From an uncultured Gemmatimonadales bacterium (GTDB lineage: Bacteria; Gemmatimonadota; Gemmatimonadetes; Longimicrobiales; RSA9): a DNA stretch of 64,000 nucleotides. Made by a program: the position numbers and the translations under genes. This document shows positions 58,367-64,000 of this stretch, piece after piece (the stretch's first letter is position 1; the number at the start of each line of letters is the position of its first letter). Under the pieces are notes generated by a model. That model saw only the letters and a program-made list of their open reading frames with translations, made no database searches and had not been told where the DNA came from. The DNA lies in NCBI GenBank assembly GCA_963708135.1, contig OY970192.1, positions 1,120,001-1,184,000 on the forward strand. Direction: 5' to 3'.

Positions 58367-59911
58367 TCAGGAAAGCGAAACGGTCTGCCGGCCCAGGTAG
58401 GCGTGCGGGTCGTGCTCGAGCGCGCCGGCCGGGAGGAAGTCCCACCACGGGCCCAGGTCGCGCTTCACGCGCTCGATGTAGAAGGGCGGCAGCGTCCGGC
58501 TCTCGCCCTCGAAGTAGGCGCGCATGCCGCGGTCCTCGTCCAGCAGCCGGCGCACGGTCGAGTGGTAGCGGATCCGGCCGGCGCCCTCGGAGGAGACGCC
58601 GCGCACGAGGTTCATCCACGTCGCGAAGCTCCGCTTGGTGCCCCGCGCGCGCTGCAGCATGCGCGGCCAGGAGAAGGAGAAGCGGGTCAGGTCGATCAGC
58701 CGGTCGTAGAACTCGGTCCAGCCGTAGTTCTTCGGCCGCACGTTCATGGCGTGGTGGTTGTTCAGGAAGTGGAACGGGAAGGGAAGCACCCGCCCCGCGC
58801 GCTGCAGCTCCAGGTTCAGCGGCGCGGCCGCGCCGAAGGCGCTGAGCAGCGAGTAGCCAGGGAAGGCCCCCGGCGTGCGGCGCAGGAACTCCTTGGTCAG
58901 CTCGAAGGGCTCCTCTCCCGCGTCGTCGTCCAGCCCCAGCACGAAGTTCGTCTGCACGTACGGCACGTGACGCAGGATCATGTTCACGTGGTCCGCCACC
59001 TGCGCCACCTTGGCCAGCCCCTGCTTGCTGCCCGTGCGCGCCTTGTTGCCGAGCGAGTACCACGACTCGATCCCCGGCAGCATCGCCTTGAAGCCCGCCC
59101 GCCGCAGCCGCTTCATGCGCGGCTCCGACAACAGCGACAGGCTGCTCTCCGCCGCGAACCAGATCGACCCCGGCGGCACCGCCTCCTCGATCGTCCCCAG
59201 CACCTCGTCGAAGCGAACCCCGAAGTTCGGGTCGTGCCACCCCACCATCGGGCGCCGGAACTTCCCCGCCAGGAAGCGCAGGTCCTCCCGGATCTGCTCC
59301 TGCGCCATCGGCTGGTGCGGCACCACGCTGTCGATGCAGAAGCTGCACGTGTAGGGACACCCCAGGCTGCCGATCATCGGCACCATCTTGATGCTCGTCG
59401 GCGCCTTCTCCAGCGTCGGCGCGATGAACTTCCAGCGCTCCCGCACCCCCGGCAGCGTCTCCGGCTGCGTGCGTGCCCCCAGCTCCACCCCCAGCGGCCG
59501 GTGCGGCTCGCAGTCCGCCAGCACGTCCTCCAGCACCCCCCGGTCCGTGAACCCCAGCACGTAATCGAAGTACTTGCGCGCATCCTCCGGGTAGCAGCGC
59601 GCGTGCGGACCCCCGAGCACCGTCACCGCGCCCCGCTGCCGGAACGCCGCGCTGATCGCGTAGGACAGCTGCGCCGCCTGCGTGAACGCGCCCACGAACA
59701 GCACGTCCATGTCCTCCGGCAGCTCCGCGCGCAGGTCCTCGAACCCCGTGTAGCAGATGAACCGGACGTCGTGCCCCAGCTCCTCGCACCACGTCGCCAG
59801 CGCCTGCGGCATCACGCTCGCCAGGTTCGGATTCATCACCCGCGCGAACAGCGCCCGCGTCGGCGCCTTCGTCACCAGGTCCAGCACGCCGATCCGGTAC
59901 CTCTTCTGCAT
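58367..59911 (-). CDS. B12-binding-domain radical SAM protein
   Basis: VLGGPHA N-terminal domain, GCPYTCSFC, GIES, FVLGLD.D. Confidence 0.88.
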   Translation of the reverse strand: MQKRYRIGVLDLVTKAPTRALFARVMNPNLASVMPQALATWCEELGHDVRFICYTGFEDLRAELPEDMDVLFVGAFTQAAQLSYAISAAFRQRGAVTVLGGPHARCYPEDARKYFDYVLGFTDRGVLEDVLADCEPHRPLGVELGARTQPETLPGVRERWKFIAPTLEKAPTSIKMVPMIGSLGCPYTCSFCIDSVVPHQPMAQEQIREDLRFLAGKFRRPMVGWHDPNFGVRFDEVLGTIEEAVPPGSIWFAAESSLSLLSEPRMKRLRRAGFKAMLPGIESWYSLGNKARTGSKQGLAKVAQVADHVNMILRHVPYVQTNFVLGLDDDAGEEPFELTKEFLRRTPGAFPGYSLLSAFGAAAPLNLELQRAGRVLPFPFHFLNNHHAMNVRPKNYGWTEFYDRLIDLTRFSFSWPRMLQRARGTKRSFATWMNLVRGVSSEGAGRIRYHSTVRRLLDEDRGMRAYFEGESRTLPPFYIERVKRDLGPWWDFLPAGALEHDPHAYLGRQTVSLS

Positions 59912-60140
59912 GCCGCCCCCTCTCCTCCGGCCGGCGCGGTCGCCCTCGGCCTCGTGCTCCCGGATTGCGCGCCCGGCGCGCTCGTCGCGCCGGCGCGTCC
60001 CTCGCCCGACCGTGGCGCCCGTTCGGGGTCGCCGTGCCGCGTCGACCCCGCCGGCCAGGCCTGCTGTTCGTTCGTGTTGAGTCGAGTGCCACTCGCCCGC
60101 CGCTCTCGCCCGGGGGCGGGATCGCTCGCGCGCCCCCCGC

Positions 60141-60157
60141 AGCAAGCTATGTACCGA
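60141..60157 (-). promoter_or_regulatory. Candidate sigma54 promoter (TCGGTACATAGCTTGCT)
   Basis: GG-N10-GC spacing with TTGCT, about 230 bp upstream of the radical SAM gene. Confidence 0.55.
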
Positions 60158-60266
60158 GGGCCGGCGGCGCGATGGGGGGGCGGGGAGCGGGGGGGCGGGG
60201 CGGGCGGAGGTGCTGTGGCAATGGGGCCGACGCTGCTGCCGGGGCGGGGGTGCGGCGGCGCGCCCG

Positions 60267-62153
60267 CTATCCGTCGAGCAGCGCCCGCACGCGCGCAGCC
60301 AGCTGCCGCGCGGTGAACGGCTTCTCGAGGTAGTGGGCGGCGCTCTCGGCGCCGTGTCGCTCGGCGAATTCGGGTGCGTACCCCGATGTGAAGAGGACGC
60401 CCAGCCCGGGTCTGCGCTCCCGCACGCGCGCGGCCAGGTCCCAGCCCGTCATGCCGGGCATGACCACGTCCGTCACCACGAGCTGGACGGGGTGCTCGGC
60501 CGCATCGATGATGGCCAGCGCGCTCTCTCCGTCCTGCGCCTCGATCACCGAGAACCCGCGCCGCCGCAGGATGCTGCTGGACACGGCGCGTACGTTCGCA
60601 TCGTCCTCCACCACCAGGATGACCTCGCCGGCGCCGCGCGCGTCCGGGGCGGCCTGCGATGAGCCGGCTTCCGCTCCCTCTGCGGCCGACTCGGACGTGG
60701 CGGGCAGGAAGATCGAGAACGTCGTGCCCCGCCTGGGCGCGCTCTCCACATCAATGGTGCCGCCTGCCTGGGTCACGATGCCGTGCACGGTGGCGAGGCC
60801 GAGGCCGGTCCCGCGGCCGGGCTCCTTGGTGGTGAAGAACGGGTCGAAGATATGCTCGCGCGCGTCCGCGTCGATGCCCATGCCGGTGTCACGCACCCGC
60901 ACGACCAGAACCTCCTCTGCGCTCACTCCGCGGGCGGCGGCGGGGCGGCGCCCGGCAAGGCGGCCTGCCTCGATGACGAGCTCGCCGCCATGCTCCATGG
61001 CATCGCAGGCGTTCACCACCAGGTTGAGCGCCACCTGCTGGAGCTGGGTCGGGTCGAGGCGGACGTGGCCGGGGCCCGGCTCGATGCGCATCTCCAGCGT
61101 GATGTCTTCGCGCACGAGCCGGCGCAGCATCGGCTCGGCTTCGCGGAGCACGGCGCCCAGGTCGACCACGCGCGGCACCACGGCGCGGCCGCGGCTGAAG
61201 GACAGGAGCTGGTGCGTGAGTGCCCTGCCGCGGTCGGTGGCGGCGCGGATCTCATCCAGCTCCGCCTGCGGCGCGGGGACCTTCTCGGCCAGCAGGTCGG
61301 CAAAGCCGCGGATCGCCGTGAGGATGTTGTTGAAGTCGTGCGCCACCCCGCCAGCCATGCGCCCCACCGCGTGCATCTTCTGTGAGAGGTGGAGCTGGTC
61401 CTCAAGCCGGCGGCGCTCCGTGAGGTCGCGTGCGATGTGCACGAACCGATCCGTGGCGAAGCGCGAGGTGATCACCTCCACGATGCGCTCGCCCCCGCCG
61501 GCGACGCTCACGGTGAACTCCCCCGACAGTCCCGCTCCGTGAGGCTCGCCGGCGCGGCTGGTGCCGCTACGCCTGCCGAAGATCGTGGCGACCGGACTCC
61601 CCGCCACCGCCTCGAGCGGCCGGTCCACCAGCCGGAGCGCCGCTTCGTTCGCCGTGAGGACGAGGCCCTCGCCGTCGCTCAGGACGATCGCGTCGCCGAC
61701 CGCCTCGAAGATGGCCCGCAGCTGCCGCTCGCTCTCCCGCTGCGCCGCCTCCGCGACGCGCCGGTGCCACCGCTCCCGCACCTTGTCCAGCGTCTGGAAC
61801 AGCTCCTGAGGGCGGACGGGCTTGACCAGGTAGTCGAAGCTGGCGGTGCGCAGCGCCTGAACGGCGCTGTCCATCGAGGCGTTGCCGGTCAGGATGATCA
61901 CTTCGATGGACTCCGACACGGCGTGCAGCGCGCCCACCAGCTGGATGCCGTCCATGTCCGGCAGCCGCAGGTCCACCAGCGCCGCCGCGGGTGGGTGGCC
62001 GAGCTCCTGCGCGATGCGCAGCCCGTCTTCGCCCGTGGGCGCCGTATGGGCGCTGTAGCCGCGCAGGCGCAGGATGTCGGAGAGCGTGCGGAGCAGAAGC
62101 GGATCGTCGTCGACGATCAGCACTTCCAGCGTGCTAGCTTCGGCTGAGGTCAT
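60267..62153 (-). CDS. Hybrid sensor kinase (REC-PAS-HisKA-HATPase-REC)
   Basis: VDDD..DLRLP..KP, AHDFNN, NACDAM, DPFFTTK..GTGLGL, second receiver domain. Confidence 0.92.
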   Translation of the reverse strand: MTSAEASTLEVLIVDDDPLLLRTLSDILRLRGYSAHTAPTGEDGLRIAQELGHPPAAALVDLRLPDMDGIQLVGALHAVSESIEVIILTGNASMDSAVQALRTASFDYLVKPVRPQELFQTLDKVRERWHRRVAEAAQRESERQLRAIFEAVGDAIVLSDGEGLVLTANEAALRLVDRPLEAVAGSPVATIFGRRSGTSRAGEPHGAGLSGEFTVSVAGGGERIVEVITSRFATDRFVHIARDLTERRRLEDQLHLSQKMHAVGRMAGGVAHDFNNILTAIRGFADLLAEKVPAPQAELDEIRAATDRGRALTHQLLSFSRGRAVVPRVVDLGAVLREAEPMLRRLVREDITLEMRIEPGPGHVRLDPTQLQQVALNLVVNACDAMEHGGELVIEAGRLAGRRPAAARGVSAEEVLVVRVRDTGMGIDADAREHIFDPFFTTKEPGRGTGLGLATVHGIVTQAGGTIDVESAPRRGTTFSIFLPATSESAAEGAEAGSSQAAPDARGAGEVILVVEDDANVRAVSSSILRRRGFSVIEAQDGESALAIIDAAEHPVQLVVTDVVMPGMTGWDLAARVRERRPGLGVLFTSGYAPEFAERHGAESAAHYLEKPFTARQLAARVRALLDG

Positions 62154-63185
62154 CCAGCAGCTCCAGGAGTCGATCGGGATCGAAGGGCTTCTCCAGCCGG
62201 GCGTGCACCCACCCGTCGGGCACCGCGTCCTCGGCCTGCCGCAGCAGCGACGGATGACCGCTGTAGAGGATGAGCGCCACGGCGGGGTCGACGCGCCGGA
62301 TGGCCGCGATGTTGTCGTGCGCGTCCAGACCATCGAGGCGGAGATCGAGCACGACCACGGACGGGTGCTCCGCCGACAGCCGCCGCCAGCAGCACTACCA
62401 GCCCGATCAGCACCATCTCCGCCAGCAGCGCCCGCGCCGGCTCGAGCGTCGTCGCCTCCGGAAACGCCGCCAGCACCCGCCACGGCGTTCCTTCCACCGC
62501 CGCCGAGACCCCTGGCCTCTCCCGCCCGTCCGCCGTCTCGAAGAGCGCCGGCTGCGCCGCGCCGCCAGCGAGCTGAGCCGAGCCGGAGGGCCGCCCCGCC
62601 AGGTCCAGCCACGGCCCACGCCGTTCGTTCCCGATCAGCACCTCTCCCCCCACGCCCACCAGCCGGTTCAGCGCCGCCGCGCCCGCCCGGTCCGCCAGGT
62701 ACGCGCCCGTCGCTCCTCCCCCGGTCCACGGATCGGGCCGGCCACGTCGTAGTAGCCGAAACCGCCCCCCTCGCGCAGCGGGCCCACCCGCCCACCGGCT
62801 TCCCGGCCCCGGCCGCCGGCCGCGCCCCCAGCGAGTCCGCCAGCGGTGTGCGCGCCACGAGCCGCGCCTCCGGCGCCGGCAGCCACACCGCCACCGAGAG
62901 CGCCTGCGTCGCGGAGCCCGCCAGCCGCGTGAGCGCCGCCTGCGCGGCGGCACGCGTCTCCGCATCCGCCGGCACCGCCAGCTGTTCCGTCAGCTGGTTC
63001 GCGCCACGCACCAGCAGTCGCCGCAGCTCATCCGTCGCGTCGGCCAGCCGCCGCTCCGCCACCGTCACCAGGGTCCGCTGCAGAACCCGGTAGCGGCTCG
63101 ACGCCAACGCCGTCACGGTGCCCAGCACGAGCGCGCCGATGAGCACCGGCAGCCGATACCTGAGCGAGAGCCATCGTCGACTCAT
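62134..63185 (-). pseudogene. Decayed membrane sensor N-terminus joined to truncated receiver domain
   Basis: TM1, periplasmic part and TM2 span three frames, then join VVLDLRL...KPF near 62365; no kinase core. Confidence 0.65.
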
Positions 63186-63657
63186 TGCCCTGTCTTCTTG
63201 CGGGGAGAACAAGGAACTTCCACCGCCGAGCGGGGCGCGGCGGTGCGCAAGGCCGGAGGGGCCGGCCATCATCAAGATATGTCGCGTTCTGTCCGAGGAG
63301 AACCTCTGCCACCGGCCGGCCGCTCAGCCCGCCATTCGCTAGTGTTGGGTGGAGTGCCGCTCGCCCGCCTGCCGCCGGAATTGCTCCGCGCGCGCCCCGC
63401 GATGCTCGTGGGCGCGAGCGACGTCCGGTACGACCCGAGGCAACGCGCATGGCGCACGCGACGGTGTGGCCGTTAGATTTTCCCTTAGTAAACAGGATCT
63501 CTCCCGCAACGTCGAATGCACCCTCGTTGACGAGCAACCGGGCTGTCCCGTTGGACGGGGGCAGTCGCGCTTGGCCGCAGCGTGGCTTTCGCGCAGAGTG
63601 GCCGACGTCACGGCCAGGAAGGGGCACCCGAGTGATTTACGGCGGCAGAAGCCGTTC

Positions 63658-64000
63658 ATGAAGATCCTTCTCCTCTGCGATTATTACCCTCCCGCCAAGA
63701 TCGGTGGAGTGGGCGAAATCGCGAAGCAACTCCGGGAGTCCTATCAAGCCCTCGGGCATCATGTGCTCGTCCTCACAACCGGGGCCCCAGTCGGAGGCGA
63801 GGTGGCAAACGGGATCGTCCGTGGCAGCGAGAGCCTTGTACTTGGCGTATTCATCAACAACCTGCGTGTGCTGGGGATGATTCGGCGCGAGCGCATTGAT
63901 TTGGTGCACATGCATCAATCTAGCTCAACGCTATTTCTATTAGCTAGGAGGATGTTTAGACGGTTTCCAATCGTTATCTCATCACTACAAGTGTCCTATC
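63658..64000 (+). CDS. Glycosyltransferase family 4, N-terminal part (runs off window)
   Basis: Translated by hand: MKILLLCDYYPPAKIGGVG...LGHHVLVLT...IDLVHMHQ; low GC. Confidence 0.85.
   Translation, partial: MKILLLCDYYPPAKIGGVGEIAKQLRESYQALGHHVLVLTTGAPVGGEVANGIVRGSESLVLGVFINNLRVLGMIRRERIDLVHMHQSSSTLFLLARRMFRRFPIVISSLQVSY

Overview
High-GC (roughly 70-75% by eye) diderm bacterial chromosome segment. SusC/SusD and TonB receptors with N-terminal carboxypeptidase-like domains suggest Gemmatimonadota, but this is inference. Left to right: apbE and nhaD; a PaaX-linked anaerobic benzoyl-CoA dearomatisation cluster (maoC-like, paaX, oah, dch, class I BCR subunits C/B/A/D, small CxxC protein, had, hemerythrin); housekeeping and stress genes (MFS, ppa, USP, DksA-like, DUF929+VKOR, Uma2); tRNA-Ser(TGA); an ECF sigma/FecR/SusC/SusD locus; a LacI-controlled acyl-compound uptake and activation operon; DUF5995, APC permease, TonB, hydrolase, B12 radical SAM; an intact and a decayed two-component gene; and a low-GC GT4 gene at the right edge. 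The most striking unexplained structure is a family of ~15-bp GGCAC-core tandem arrays at six loci. At four loci, two array subtypes face each other as an inverted pair. Three of those pairs enclose intact, frameshifted or internally deleted copies of a four-helix-bundle (23S IVS/Avd-like) gene, one with an added RelE/ParE-like toxin; the fourth is nearly empty. This looks like a repeat-bounded cassette family at several stages of decay. All product calls come from motif recognition only; no searches were run.
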